From Macrostomum lignano (Eukaryota), in contig NIVC01000411.1 in the NCBI GenBank assembly GCA_002269645.1, positions 1 through 64,000 on the forward strand: 64,000 bases of DNA, given 5' to 3'. Positions 17,065 through 30,026 of the stretch are shown here, in pieces. The notes below the pieces were generated by a model. That model saw nothing but the letters and a program-made list of their open reading frames with translations. It was not told the DNA's origin and did not search any database. Numbering within the stretch: position 1 is the first letter of the stretch; each line of letters opens with the position of its first letter. Made by a program: the position numbers and the translations under genes.

Positions 17065-18530
17065 GGCGAGTTGTGCAGGAGAGCTGCCTCTTCTGCCTCG
17101 CCGATAGCTCCAGGCTCCAGCTCCATGGGCTCCTCCCGGATGGATTCCATGGTCGAGGGCGAGGTCGCTACCAGGGCGGCATTCTCGCTCTCGGCCCGGT
17201 TTTCCGGGGGGGCCGCAGTGGTGACACTGGGCTGGGGGTGGCTGCGGTTGGGGGCCTTGGCGGTGTCCAGCAGCTGCTTCGCGCGCTGAGTTAGACCAGA
17301 GCGGATAGTGTTCCGGGCGGGTTTCCGGCCCTTTCCACGTCCGCCTGTTGCTGCAGCTTTCGCGGCTTTCCCTCTGACAGGGTCCACGTCCTCGGAGGGG
17401 TCGTGACGACCGGGAGCTTCTTTTCCTGGGCGTTTCCGCCCGGCAGAGCCCCCGACTGCCCGCTTACGCTTCTCCGGGGGCGGTGGGCGGGTGGCGTCAG
17501 ACTCAAAGCTAAAGAGCTGAATCTGCAACAGCCCGACAGAGATGATGGACATGTCCGGGTAGCGGAGCATCCAGCTATCCGACAGTCCAAGAATAGCCGT
17601 GAAACCGTCTCCGCCTGGCTTGGAGATGGTCTCGTGAACTACGACACCGTTGGCCGGTAGCTCCGGGTTGGAGGCCACTAGCAGGTGACGCAGCTCGTCG
17701 GCCTTGGTGATGCAGCTGCGAGCCGGAATCCAGGCACGGTGCCGGTGTGTCCGGGGTCGCTCGTCCTCCCTGTAGATGAACAGGTTCTCCAGCTCCGTAC
17801 CCCAGTCGAAGGTTTTCAGCAGCTCGAGGAGCTGCTGTCCTGACTGGCTGTCGGTGGGCTGGATATAGAGGGCTTGGTCCTCGACTTTCGTCTTTTGGAC
17901 TCGAATAGAAGTGCCGCTCAAGGCCATCTTGACCAGGTGGGAGTCCAACCTGCGCCAGATAAGGTCGAGCTGTTCGGCCGTAAGAGGCGTCTCCTGGCCT
18001 TGGATAACCAGGGCCGGCTGCCTTTTGGCCATAGCCGCGTAGGTTCGCTTCGGCTTTGTGGTTTGGCCAGCGCCCCCCGCTTTGGATCCCTCCACGGCCG
18101 TGGGAGCTTCCACACGGGCAGAGGTCCGGTCACGGGAGGGGCCAGCCGCACCAGGAGCTTCGGCGGCACCTGACGCATCAGACCGGCGCGCGGGGTCCAC
18201 CCCCTTGTCGGATGTCGGCTCCTCTGCGGGGTTCGCAGAGTTACCGGCACCCTCCTCAGAGGTGGCCGGAGGGGCGGCTTTCGCATTCCTCCGTTCCTCC
18301 GCTTTGCGCTGGAGAAAGGCTTTGTAGCGAGCAATGCTACGGGCCTTCTTTTTCGAAATCTGAGGTCCGCTGTCTTGTCCAGCCACTCCGGTATTATCCT
18401 GAGCGGCGGCAGCGGCAGATTGAGAGGCACCGGGGGTTCCGGTGTTGCGAATGTCCGGCTGGGCCGCGGTGCCAACCTCGGTTGGTGCTCCAGCAGCCTC
18501 GGACGTGTCGGAGGTAAATGAATACTCCAT
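17061..18530 (-). CDS. LINE ORF1 (nucleic-acid chaperone-like; DUF4780-like core, no CCHC knuckles)
   Basis: ATG-initiated 489-aa ORF directly upstream of ORF2. TYAAMAK and L..SNPELP..G..V....G...ILGL motifs recall Loa-clade ORF1 (from memory). Confidence 0.8.
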
Positions 18531-19135
18531 GAGTCGCTGAAAGGCGAGTGGGGACTAAAGGTGAGAAGCCGCTGGGCCGTAACCCCAAACCCAACAACCA
18601 GGCCAAGAGGTAGCGACCGGGGGGTGGCTTAAGCCCGTACCGGCCCGACCGCTAGCAACCGAGAAACTCCCCGGCTAAGAGCCCGGCTTGGAAAAACCAG
18701 AGACCGAACCAAAGGACCATCAGCACGGTACTACACTGGGCCCTTGAGGGAAGCAGGAGGACTGCCTCCGGAGCCTGCGGACTGGCCGCATACCCTGTTA
18801 AGGTCAGAGGGTGGTACCTGTTCCTCAGAGCCGTGGCCAGAGGTACCTGATACGCACAGGTGCACTTCCGGGCGGAGCCCGTACCCAACTTGGCCAAAAG
18901 GCCACGGATGGGTTGCCGCCGCCGGAGCCCAGTCAGTCCAGCAGCCCTGGAGCTGCCTTGAACACATGCGGGGCGTGAACCCCTGGGTCGGCTTGCGAGT
19001 CAGCTTGGAGAGAGTTCTCCTGCCATTCCTGCACCAGAATAGAGGGGGTGCAGGTGTGTAGGATCGCAGACCTTAGCCCGTAGGCCTAGTCTGTCTCATG
19101 CTACACAGGCGTGCTGTACCCGCCATTGCATGCAA

Positions 19136-19589
<454 letters not shown>

Positions 19590-19747
19590 ATGGATCTGTC
19601 TAGCCAATATATTTGTTTTTAAACCCGAATAAATAAACCCTGACGAAGGCCCAGTCCAGGCCGAAATATCGGTTTCTGAATATTCGACAACTAACGTTCT
19701 TCAATATTTCCGTGTGTGTGGTTTGCAGTTTGAAGCTGCCTTTTGCA
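19590..19747 (+). mobile_element. ~160-bp non-coding hammerhead-containing insertion (PLE pseudo-LTR remnant or retrozyme-like) between TATC arrays
   Basis: Non-repetitive island bounded on both sides by (TATC)n and containing a hammerhead. Confidence 0.7.
19635..19675 (+). ncRNA. Minimal type I hammerhead ribozyme
   Basis: AAACC-CUGACGA-A-GGCC-cagucca-GGCC-GAAA-UA-UC^-GGUUU. Identical to the 1808-1848 motif except in the 7-nt loop II. Predicted cleavage at 19670/19671. Confidence 0.88.

Positions 19748-19822
<75 letters not shown>
19748..19822 (+). repeat. (TATC)n array
   Basis: Direct reading. Confidence 0.97.
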
Positions 19823-20449
19823 TCAACTCGGGCTGTTTAAAAAAGAATAATTTAAGCATTCCTTACATGCGAGGACCCCTTGACCTCCATAGCCAGAATC
19901 CGCGGTTCTGATGATGATGAAGCAGCAGTTTCCATCCTCCTGCCCATCCACCTCCTTAACAAAGATCCCGGATCAGCTCTGCGAAAGCTTTATTGCCCCA
20001 GACAAGCTCGCATCCCAGGGGATTCGCGCGTGGAGGAGAAGCCGCGGCAAGCAGCAAAGCGTTGGCAACAGGGGGTTAGGGTGTTGGGCAGAATAAATGA
20101 TGCGCCCAAGAAGAACAAAGACCTTGCCAGAGAGGGAAGAAAAACTGCTAATCGGATTTTCGCGGCTCCCACCGCCGCTCCCGGCCGTCCTTGACTGACT
20201 TGATACTCGAGAGCGAGTGGCGCTGGCGATTGCCTTAACGATGCCGCCGAGAGCTGTTCATAGGGGATGAAGGGTGACTCAGCAGGTGCCTCTCGGTCGG
20301 GGGCAGGGCCTGACTTATTGGCTTTCTCCCCATCCTTGCAGCAATGCCCCTGCTTTGTGCTTCTCAGCAACAGCTGGCTTGAGATAGTAAAAGATCTGAA
20401 TGTGTTTCAACAGTAAATGATATTGAGATATTCTAGTAAAATATCGGAA

Positions 20450-20845
20450 TAGACAGTCTGGTAGCTTTCGGAGTAGGGTAGACAGTCTGGTAGATTTTGG
20501 AGTAGATAGACAGTCTGGTAGTTTTCGGAGTAGATATACAGTCTGGTAGGTTTTGGAGTTAGGTAGATTGCCTGGTAAGTTTCGGATTAGATAGATAGTC
20601 TGGTAGGTTTCGGAGTAGATAGACAGTCTGGTAGGTTTCGGAGTAGATAGTCTGGTAGGTTTCTGAGTAGATAGACAGTCTGGTAGGTTTCTGAGTAGAT
20701 AGACAGTCTGGTAGGTTTCGGAGTTAGGTAGACAGTCTGGTAGGTTTCTGAGTAGATAGACAGTCTGGTAGGTTTCGGAGTTAGGTAGACAGTCTGGTAG
20801 GTTCCGGGATAGGTAGACAGTCTGGTAGGTTTTGGGGTAGGTAAC
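20450..20845 (+). repeat. ~28-bp minisatellite (GGTAGGTTTCGGAGTAGATAGACAGTCT)
   Basis: Direct reading. Confidence 0.9.
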
Positions 20846-21984
20846 AGGTATATAGTCTACTAGTGTGGATATAGATATATAGATTCATGTAGATAACCAG
20901 TTAGCATTCTGAGTTGACAATCTGGCAGATTTTGAAACAGAAGATCACTAGCGAACATGACAAAATTATCATATAGTTTGTGCATTTTAAAGAATTTTGT
21001 GCTTAATTATCCTTTAATTGCGGATTAGCTGCTGGCATTTGATGCAGGTAGAGAAACAGATGAATGAAACTTGCTCATTTTTCACCTGTCTTCTAAAGCA
21101 CTGATTTAGAACTTAGCTCATATAATTGATATTAATGATCACCAAAAAATCCCGGAACTCACGAAATCTCCAACCCAAGCCTCATGAGCCTCATCAGTCT
21201 CTTTCGCTCGAGCTGACTTCCACAAAATGATGCTTCGTGACAGAGCCGTCAGACCGGCCTTGGCAACGCTTCCCTCCCTTAGTAACTGGGAAAAACTCGC
21301 TGGCAATGTGGAGTGTGTGGTTTTTTGCCGGCCGTGATCTCCGAGGAGTCAAATTGGCAAACCAGGCGGAAGAGCCGATGGCAGACTGAGGAATTCAGTT
21401 TGATGATGGAACCCCCCCCCCAGTTCATTTCCTAAGATTTCTAAGATTCATAGAAACCAATAGCATGCAACTAACCATAGATGGGGATAAATCTATCATG
21501 GAATCATTCATATGGATACAATTGTTTTTTTTCATAAAAATACAATCGTCTGTCGTTTTGCTTTGAAATTTTAAGCCTGGCAATTGAACTGATAGCATTG
21601 AGGCAACCTTTCTGAGAACTCGAATTTCCATTTTGAAATGCTTGAAAAAAACAAAAACATAACCAGCTTTATCAAAAAATATTTTAAAAGGATTTGGAAT
21701 AAAAATTAAGAAATTATAAATATTTCATAAAGATTAAAGAACAATCTGTGTCGACGTTTTTCAAGACTCACAAAATTCTAATACAATAAGAGATAAATCA
21801 GCAGCAATAAAAGTCGATAAAATTCCACTGCACTACAACTGCGCCGACCGCAGTTGTTTAAGCCCATCCCATTCCGCCAGGCTTAAGTCAATAATATCCC
21901 CACCCCACTACTAGCCAATAAAACCTCACCCACCTCACTCTGCCGGCCGAAAGCCGCAAGTCTATTAAACAACATCCCACTCTG

Positions 21985-22710
21985 CTAGCCGCAGTCAATA
22001 AAACAACGTCCATTCCACTCCGCCAGCCACAAAGTCAATAAAACACCACCAACCCCACTCCGCCAGCCACAAAGTCAATAAAACACCACCACCCCACTCC
22101 GCCAGCCACAAAGTCAATAAAACACCACCATCCCCACTCCGCCAGCCAAAAAGTCAATAAAATACCACCAACCCCACTCCGCCAGCCACAAAGTCAATAA
22201 AATACCACCAACCCCACTCCGCCAGCCACAAAGTCAATAAAACACCACCAACCCCACTCCGCTAGCCAAAAAGTCAATAAAACACCATCAACTCCACTCC
22301 GCCAGCCAAAAAGTCAATAAAACACCACCAACCCCACTCCGCCAGTCACAAAGTCAATAAAACACCACCAACCCCACTCCGCCAGCCACAAAGTCAATAA
22401 AACACCACCAACCCCACTACGCCAGTCACAAAGTCAATAAAACACCACCAACTCCACTCCGCCAGCCAAAAAGTCAATAAAACACCACCAAACCCACTCC
22501 GCCAGCCAAAAAGTCAATAAAACACCATCAACTCCACTCCGCCAGCCAAAAAGTCAATAAAACACCACCAACTCCACTCCGCCAGCCACAAAGTCAATAA
22601 AACACCACCAATCCCACTCCGCCAGCCACAAAGTCAATAAAACACCACCAACTCCACTCCGCCAGCCAAAATGTCAATAAAACACCACCAACCCACTCCG
22701 CCAGCTTCAA
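21985..22710 (+). repeat. 39-bp minisatellite (CCACTCCGCCAGCCACAAAGTCAATAAAACACCACCAAC)
   Basis: Ends ~30 bp before the HS3ST exon 2 acceptor. Confidence 0.95.
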
Positions 22711-22745
22711 AGTCAATAAAACCCCATTCCAACACTCGTACACAG

Positions 22746-23481
22746 AAAGCGCATGCCAGCCAGCTTGCCCAGTCAGCTGACCATGGAGAAAACACCCGGT
22801 TACTTCATCTCCGAGTCGGCGCCAAGCCGGGTGCACTCGATGAACCCGGACACCCGCCTGGTGCTGGTTGTTCGCGACCCGGTCACGCGGATTCTATCCG
22901 ACTATGCGCAAGCCTCGGCCAACGCAGCCGGCGGCTCATCGCGCCGTCGAAATCGCAGGAATCGCCGGAGGAAAAATCGTCGTAAGCACCGCCGACGCCA
23001 AGCCGGCCGCCGCGGCTCCTCCATCAAACCAATCGAGAGTCTGGCCTTTCGAAGTCGACCGGGCAACGGCAGCCAACCGGAGCTGCTGGAGGTCTCAGCC
23101 AACTGGACAGCAGTTCGAATTGGCGAATACGCCCGCCACCTGGCCAACTGGCTGGCCGTGTTCCCCCGCCAGCAGATCCTCGTGCTGTCCGGCGAGCGAC
23201 TCGTCGCCGACCCCGGCGCCGTCATGGAGGAGCTGCAGCGATTCCTCGGCCTTGAACTGATCATCACTGGGCGGCACTTCTACTTCGACAGGCGGAAAGG
23301 ATTTCACTGCTTGAAGAAGGCCGGCCGGCGGGGCAAGCCGCGCTGTCTGGCTGGCAACAAAGGCCGGCGCCATCCCAACCTGGCGCCCGAGCTGATCCGG
23401 CGCCTCAGGCAGTTCTACGCACCCAAGAACCGCGAGTTCTACGCCATGACCGGCGTCAACTTTGGCTGGCCCGAGCTGTGA
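22746..23481 (+). CDS. HS3ST: Heparan sulfate 3-O-sulfotransferase, exon 2
   Basis: Acceptor CACAG|A restores WYR-KRMP in phase. MEKTPGYF, RDPVTRILSDY (3'-PB), YFDRRKGFHCL, CL..NKGRRHP, LRQFYAP.N.EFY.MTG..FGW. Confidence 0.95.
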
Positions 23482-24129
23482 GCATGTACATAGGAATACT
23501 GCTGTGCACTAGCGAGATCGAGCGGTCACAGGTGTTCAAGAACACCTAGAATATCGGCGTCTGGATTGGAATTCACAAATAATTATCTGTCGATTTTAAT
23601 TTTTAGCATCCCAAAAAAAATTGTCATTTTTCGAGGCGGTTTTTTAAAGCTACCTCCATGTTCCATTGCCATCTCAAAGCCTATAGAGTGAAGCCCGCGC
23701 ACATTGAGAAGTTCTCAACGTCTGTGATTGTTATTCGCGAATGTCATTAGTCTGTCACAAGCTAGTATGATTTATCCTACTCGAAATTGCTGCTGTTTGT
23801 TAACATAAATTTTTTGTGTATTTTTGTGTAAACAAAAATTAACTATAACACTATAGAGGCGCATAGGCACTTACTTTGGAGTCGCAGTTGTGAGCTCTGG
23901 GGCCAATCTTTGAGCTCAAATGGACCCGACGGAGCTCAAATGGGACCGAAAGTTGGATAAATCTCCCATGGGAAATTGCAGGCTCCGCCCTATTAGGCAG
24001 GGAGCGACATGCAGTGACGTCTTGGGAGGGAGGGAGAGGGTTGGAAGTAGGGAGACAACTTTCCCTATAGTGCGAGTGGGGGTTTCCTTTACTGCTTTTG
24101 CGAGCAGAATGGTTGAGATAGCTGGGAGA

Positions 24130-24570
24130 GGGAGATAGAGGGAGTGGAGAGAGGAGATGGAGAGATGAGATGGAGAGAGAAGAGATACGATGGGAAGACG
24201 AGAAAAGAAATGGAGGGGGAGTGAAGAGATGGAGAGAGGAGAGATGAGATGGAGAAAGGAGAGACGAGATGGAGAGAGGAGAGAAGAGATGGAGAGGCGA
24301 GAGATCTAATGGAGAGACGAGAAAAGAGATGGAGGGGGTGGAGAGATGGAGAGAGGAGAGACAAGATGGAGAGAGGAGAGACGAGATGGAGAGAGAAGAG
24401 ACGAGATGGAGAGAGGAGAGAAGAGATGAAGAGACGAGAGATGAGGTGGAGAGAGGAGAGACGAGATGGAGAGGCGAGAGAAGAGATGGAAAGGCGAGAG
24501 AAGAGATGGAGAGAGTAGAAAAGAGATGGAGAGTTACATGAGAGTAGAGAAGAGATGTGAAGAGAGAGGG
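24130..24570 (+). repeat. ~20-bp GA-rich minisatellite (GAGAGAGGAGAGACGAGATG)
   Basis: Direct reading. Confidence 0.9.
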
Positions 24571-26064
24571 AAAGGTTCTGACAGGGAGTGAAGATGAGGC
24601 TTGGGAGAGCAGCTCTAGATGGCTGGAGAGCAATTAAGGTTGATCGGGGCTCCCCAGTTCGACAGGCCCGTAAAAGCACTCAGCCGTGGCCTCGGCCAGC
24701 AGCTCACAGGCATAAGCCGCTCCCTCATTAATCCAGTGTAGAAAATTTCCGCTTATAGACGACTTCATCAACTCGAGGGAAGTCTGATTCGAGCTCAGAA
24801 ACCGCCAGCAGAAATCAATATCCGTGACCCAGCGGTCAAGGAGGCTGGACCGATTCGGGGGCCCTCAGAACCCCCACGAGGTTCCCGCGGAATCGACTTC
24901 CCCTTCATCAGAGTAGAAGTTTTGATCCCACGAATCAAGTGAGGCTTTGAAGCCCGAGATCCCCTTTCCCATTTGACTGGAAAGGTTTGAAATACAGTCC
25001 AAGCCAGAGTTCTCCCGTGTCAAAAGGAAAAATTAAAAAAAAAATCGATAAGAGTTCATTCAGAATTATGGCGAAGTGTTATAAATCTGAGCCAGAGAAA
25101 CGCTGAGCATATCACGATTGTAAATATTTTCCTGTTATTATTTATAATTCTGTTCGTATAGTTAGCTTCATCTCGAATTTTAACCCAAAATAAATTCACG
25201 TCAAGCACTTCAACTATACTATCTTAATCAATAATTTCGCTTTTATAAAAATCAAATTTGTCCCACTAACAGCATCGCTCCGCCGTTTGCAGTATTTTTC
25301 TCTGTGCGCTTTGAGAATAAATTCAAGCTGATTAATTATTAATTAGCTGCTAAATACACTTGGGGCACATACGTATTGTTTCTCAAATCAGTGTGCTATT
25401 CGTCTTGTTCAATAAATAAATATGATTATGATTATGATTAAGTAAATATGATTATGATTATCTAGATATGATTAATACTATGTAGATAAGATTATTAAAG
25501 TGTGATATAAACGCACACAGATTAAAATGAATAATGCAAGCTCTACCAGAAATTTTAGCAAGCATTTTATTGCATCGCATAGTCAAAGAAAGATTCACAA
25601 GAAAAAGTTTGGCAACCAGCTGTTGTTGCTGCACGGTCAAAGCAGCCAGATGCTGCAGTCCACTCAACACACTCAAGCTCAGCAACCCCTAATTTCATCT
25701 GCAACAGCTTGTATTTAGTTGTTAAGTGCGGCAAATACGCGGCGATATTGTTATTGTTATTCGAGAAACATACAGAAAACTATGCTAAGATTCGTATCAG
25801 GTGTCAGCCTGCCGATGCTTGAAGATGAAGAATAGGCGATGCTCAGATGCAGATTGGTCCAGAGATTCTGACAAAAGTTGTTGTATGAAGCCAATTTACA
25901 TTGTCAGCAAATCTGCTTAAGGGGAGGGGGCAGACAGTCAGACGGCTGAGATGACAACTCTCTGCCACTTGTGACTTAATAGATTGTTAGGCCAGGGACT
26001 GCAACTGGCGAGGTAAATCTGGACTGGAAATACCCTAGGTGGGGCGAGCACAGTCTGAGGCGAC

Positions 26065-26602
26065 AAGATGAGAGTCTATGAGGCGCCAAGATAAGTGTCT
26101 ATGAGGCACCAAGATGCTTGTCTATGAGGTGTCAAGATGAGAGTCACTGAGGCGCCAAGATAGGTGTCTATGAAGCGCCAAGATGAGTATCTATGAGGCG
26201 CCAAGATGAGTGTCTCTGAGGTGCCAAGATGAGTGTCTCTGAGGCACCAAGATGAGTGTCTCTGAGGTGCCAAGATGAGTGTCTCTGAGGTGCCAAGATG
26301 AGTGTCTCTGAGGTGCCAAGATGAGTGTCTATGAGGTGCCAAGATGAGTGTCTCTGAGGTGCCAAGATGAGTGTCTCTGAGCCTGAGGCGCCAAGATGAG
26401 TGTCTCTGAGGCGCTAAGATAAGTGTCTCTGGGGTACCAAAATGAGTGTCTCTGAGGCGCCAAGATGAGTGTCTCTGAGGTGCCAAGATGAGTGTCTCTG
26501 AGGTGCCAAGATGAGTGTCTTTGAGGTGCCAAGATGAGTGTCTCTGAGGCGCCAAAATAAGTGTCTCTGAGGCGCCAAGATGAGTGTCTCTGAGGCGCCA
26601 AG
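26065..26602 (+). repeat. 23-bp minisatellite (GAGTGTCTCTGAGGTGCCAAGAT)
   Basis: Direct reading. Confidence 0.95.
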
Positions 26603-27029
26603 GTAAATGATGTGTATCAAAAGGCATCAATGCGATACATTTCATACAGTATCCTACAGTCCAGAAAGTATTTGTAGCAGTCCATGGTCTGAAATAATGG
26701 GACACAAACATGAGCAGTACTGAGCAGTATATTTAGAATGAATGAAACTCAGCAACAAAACTATAAATGCCAGCCCTTTCTTGTCCACTGCCTCAAGGCC
26801 CTGACACGTCTGTTCGATGGCTGCTCGGTCAGGCGTGAAATGCAAAGTTGGACTTGGCTAAGAATGAAAGCAGAGACTGAGGCATCAGCTGCAGGGTTTC
26901 TGGACAGAAAGATTAATGAGATAATAAGGTTCTGATGAAAAATTGGCAGGCGCGTGTATTGTGGCTATTGGCGCCACACGCAGAGGCGCTAAAATGGCGC
27001 CGAAAATAGACACCCAGTGGCGCCAGACG

Positions 27030-27732
27030 TAGAGACGCTAAAATGGCGCTTAAAGAGACTTGCAATAGCGCCCCATACGGACGCTAAAACGGCGCTCAAA
27101 AAGACTTGCAATAGCGCCCCATACGGACGCTAAAACGGCGCTCAAAAAGACTTGCAATAGCGCCCCATACGGACGCTAAAACGGCGCTCAAAAAGACTTG
27201 CAATGGCGCCCCATACGGACGCTAAAACGGCGCTCAAAAAGACTTGCAATGGCGCCTCATACGGACGCTAAAACGGCGCTCAAAAAGACTTGCAATAGCG
27301 CCCCATACGGACGCTAAAACGGCGCTCAAAAAGACTTGCAATGGCGCCTCATACGGACGCTAAAATGGCGCTTAAAGAGACTTGCAATAGCGCCCCATAC
27401 GGACGCTAAAACGGCGCTCAAAAAGACTTGCAATAGCGCCCCATACGGACGCTAAAACGGCGCTCAAAAAGACTTGCAATAGCGCCCCATACGGACGCTA
27501 AAACGGCGCTCAAAAAGACTTGCAATGGCGCCCCATACGGACGCTAAAACGGCGCTCAAAAAGACTTCCAATGGCGCCCCATACGGACGCTAAAACGGCG
27601 CTCAAAAAGACTTCCAATGGCGCCCCATACGGACGCTAAAACGGCGCTCAAAAAGACTTCCAATGGCGCCCCATACGGACGCTAAAACGGCGCTCAAAAA
27701 GACTTCCAATGGCGCCTCATACGGACGCTAAA
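27030..27732 (+). repeat. 46-bp minisatellite (CGCTAAAACGGCGCTCAAAAAGACTTGCAATAGCGCCCCATACGGA)
   Basis: About 15 near-identical copies. Confidence 0.95.
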
Positions 27733-28559
27733 AAAGCTTCCATGCAGAAAGACTGGGCAAGTCTTGTTTGAATAATTTATCGCGGATTGAACGCTGACTG
27801 TGCGGCACACAAAGCTTTAAAAAACAAAGACTAATTATCAAGAGATGAAGAGAAGGAGCATAAATCAATCATTGCTAAGCTATATAAATGATTAGTTTGA
27901 CATGACAGTCGCAGTAATAAAAGCATGGGATCTGGGTTATGGTTCCATGTTTCTCTGTGGAACAAGAGACCCTCCTCACAACGAGTAAGCTGTGCAAAAT
28001 GAAGGTCCTTATTTGGAAAAATCTAGCTGTATATTCTCTAAGTTTGGCTACCATAATGCAAGCAAAGCTACGCACGCATGCTGGGTTGCTGGCTAAAAAC
28101 TGCTCAGCCGTGAAGCATGAAATGCATTGTTGTCAGCTTAGCTAATCAGCTATGCGGCATGATGAGGTGGGAAGACACAGCAGGGGATGTGTCAAGTCTG
28201 CCTCCCCTGACACTTCCCAAAAATAGGCAGAAGCTGGAAGCTGCTGACTGCAGCTCACAATGGACGCGTTAAAAAATGTGTTTTTTTATTCCTAGTGCGA
28301 TTTTGCAGCCTCCGTAGCTGCCGCTTGCCAACCCCGCGGGCGCATCCTGCCTGACCTCCACCCTGCCTGCTGCGAGAAAATTGCCCCAATGTCCCTCCCG
28401 CAGTCCTGTGGCACTACTAATTAGAGCTTGTCTCTTCTGCTGAGTCTCTCCACACTGACTGTCGTGTGCGCGGCGGCGCCGCTGAGGCGCGACTTTTGGC
28501 ACCGACTCCCGAGGGGTCAAGAGCGCCAAAAAAGTATTAAATCTTCTAGTTGGGTGTCA

Positions 28560-28930
28560 AGAACACTGGAATAGCTGAGGCTCCCTACGGAACAATGTTT
28601 AGCGCCAATAACACTGGAATAGCTGAGGCTCCCTACGAAACAATGTTTAACGCCAATAATACTGGAATAGCTGAGGCTCCCTACGAAACAATGTTTAGCG
28701 CCAATAATACTGGAATAGCTGAGGCTCCCTACGAAACAATGTTTAGCGCCAATAACACTGGAATAGCTGAGCTGAGGCCCCCTACGGAACCAATGTTTAG
28801 CGCCAATAACACTGGAATAGTGGAGGCTCCCTACGGAGCAAATATTTAGTGGAGGCTCCCTATGGAACTAAATGTTTAGCGCCCATAACGCAGGAATGGC
28901 TGAGGCTCCCCACGGAGCAAATTTTTAGCG
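28560..28930 (+). repeat. 48-bp minisatellite (AACACTGGAATAGCTGAGGCTCCCTACGAAACAATGTTTAGCGCCAAT)
   Basis: Direct reading. Confidence 0.9.
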
Positions 28931-29584
28931 CCCATACCACCCAAATTCCCCTAAATATATCTACTAGTCATAAGCAGCTGTCCTCAGCCTTTTCACAGCA
29001 TGCAGCTATATATTTGCACATCGACGGCTCAGTTATTATTTACAACGAAGAGACCTCTGCCGCCAGTGTCCTAGTCCAAAGCGACACCTACATGAAAGGA
29101 TTGAAGCCGACAATATTGTCTCTCTCTCTCTCCCCATTCTCCCTTCTCTGCACCACCATCCCAGCCCTAACTAGCCATTGCAATATGAATATGGATTGGA
29201 TTGGTTATGCCATTCTAGTTGCTAGTCACTAAAAAACAAATAATACTTATTGCTTTTGGCTGCATTTTGCTGCTTTTATTCCATCGGCAATTATACTAAA
29301 AAGAAGTACAGTGTAACAGAAAGAGTCGGTGTTTTACATGGCTATAGTGCTGGTAGACAATTTGCTCAATGAATTGGCAACAAAGTAAGGGAATTATGGA
29401 GAGAAGCAGTTACCTGTGTGGCCGTTAACTACCTTTTTACAGGAATTGCATTAGTGCTTTATCGGTGGTCTCCGCGTGGATCCTGTCCAGTTTTCTCTAT
29501 CTCTGCTCTTGGGTCTGGCCTCATTTATGATTTATTCTTCATCTAGTATACTCTCTTAATACTCTTGCCTGATCCCCCTTTATC

Positions 29585-30026
29585 TTTCCTCTCCCCCTTC
29601 ATCCCTTTATCATCCCTTCTCTCCTCCCTGCATCCCTTCTCTCCGCCCTTCATCCCTTTTCTCCTCCCTGCATCCCTTCTCTCCTCCCTTCATCCCTTCT
29701 CTCCTCCCTGCATCCCTTCTCTCCTCCCTGCATCCCTTCTCTCCTCCCTTCATCCCTTCTCTCCTCCCTGCATCCCTTCTCTCCTCCCTGCATCCCTTCT
29801 CTCCTCCATTCATCCCTTCTCTCCTCCATTCATCCCTTCTCTCCTCCATTCATCCCTTCTCTCCTCCCTTCATCCCTTCTCTCCTCCCTTCATCCCTTCT
29901 CTCCTGCATTCATCCCTTTTCTCCTCCCTTCATCCCTTCTCTCCTCCCTTGCATCCTTTCTCTCCAACCTTCATCCCTTCTTTCCTCCCTCCATCCCTTC
30001 TCTCCTCTCTTCATCCCTTCTCTCCC
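29585..30026 (+). repeat. 20-bp pyrimidine minisatellite (TCATCCCTTCTCTCCTCCCT)
   Basis: Direct reading. Confidence 0.93.

Noticed and set aside
18900-19135. Possible HDV-like ribozyme in the LINE 5' UTR
   Set aside because: I found hairpins (CCTGCACC/GGTGCAGG, GGGG/CCCC) but no P1/P2/P3 nested pseudoknot by eye; a covariance-model search would be needed.
26065-28930. Regular 23-49 bp repeat arrays resembling CRISPR (also 21985-22710, 48785-49450)
   Set aside because: Units are head-to-tail with no unique spacers, there are no cas genes, and the context is eukaryotic.
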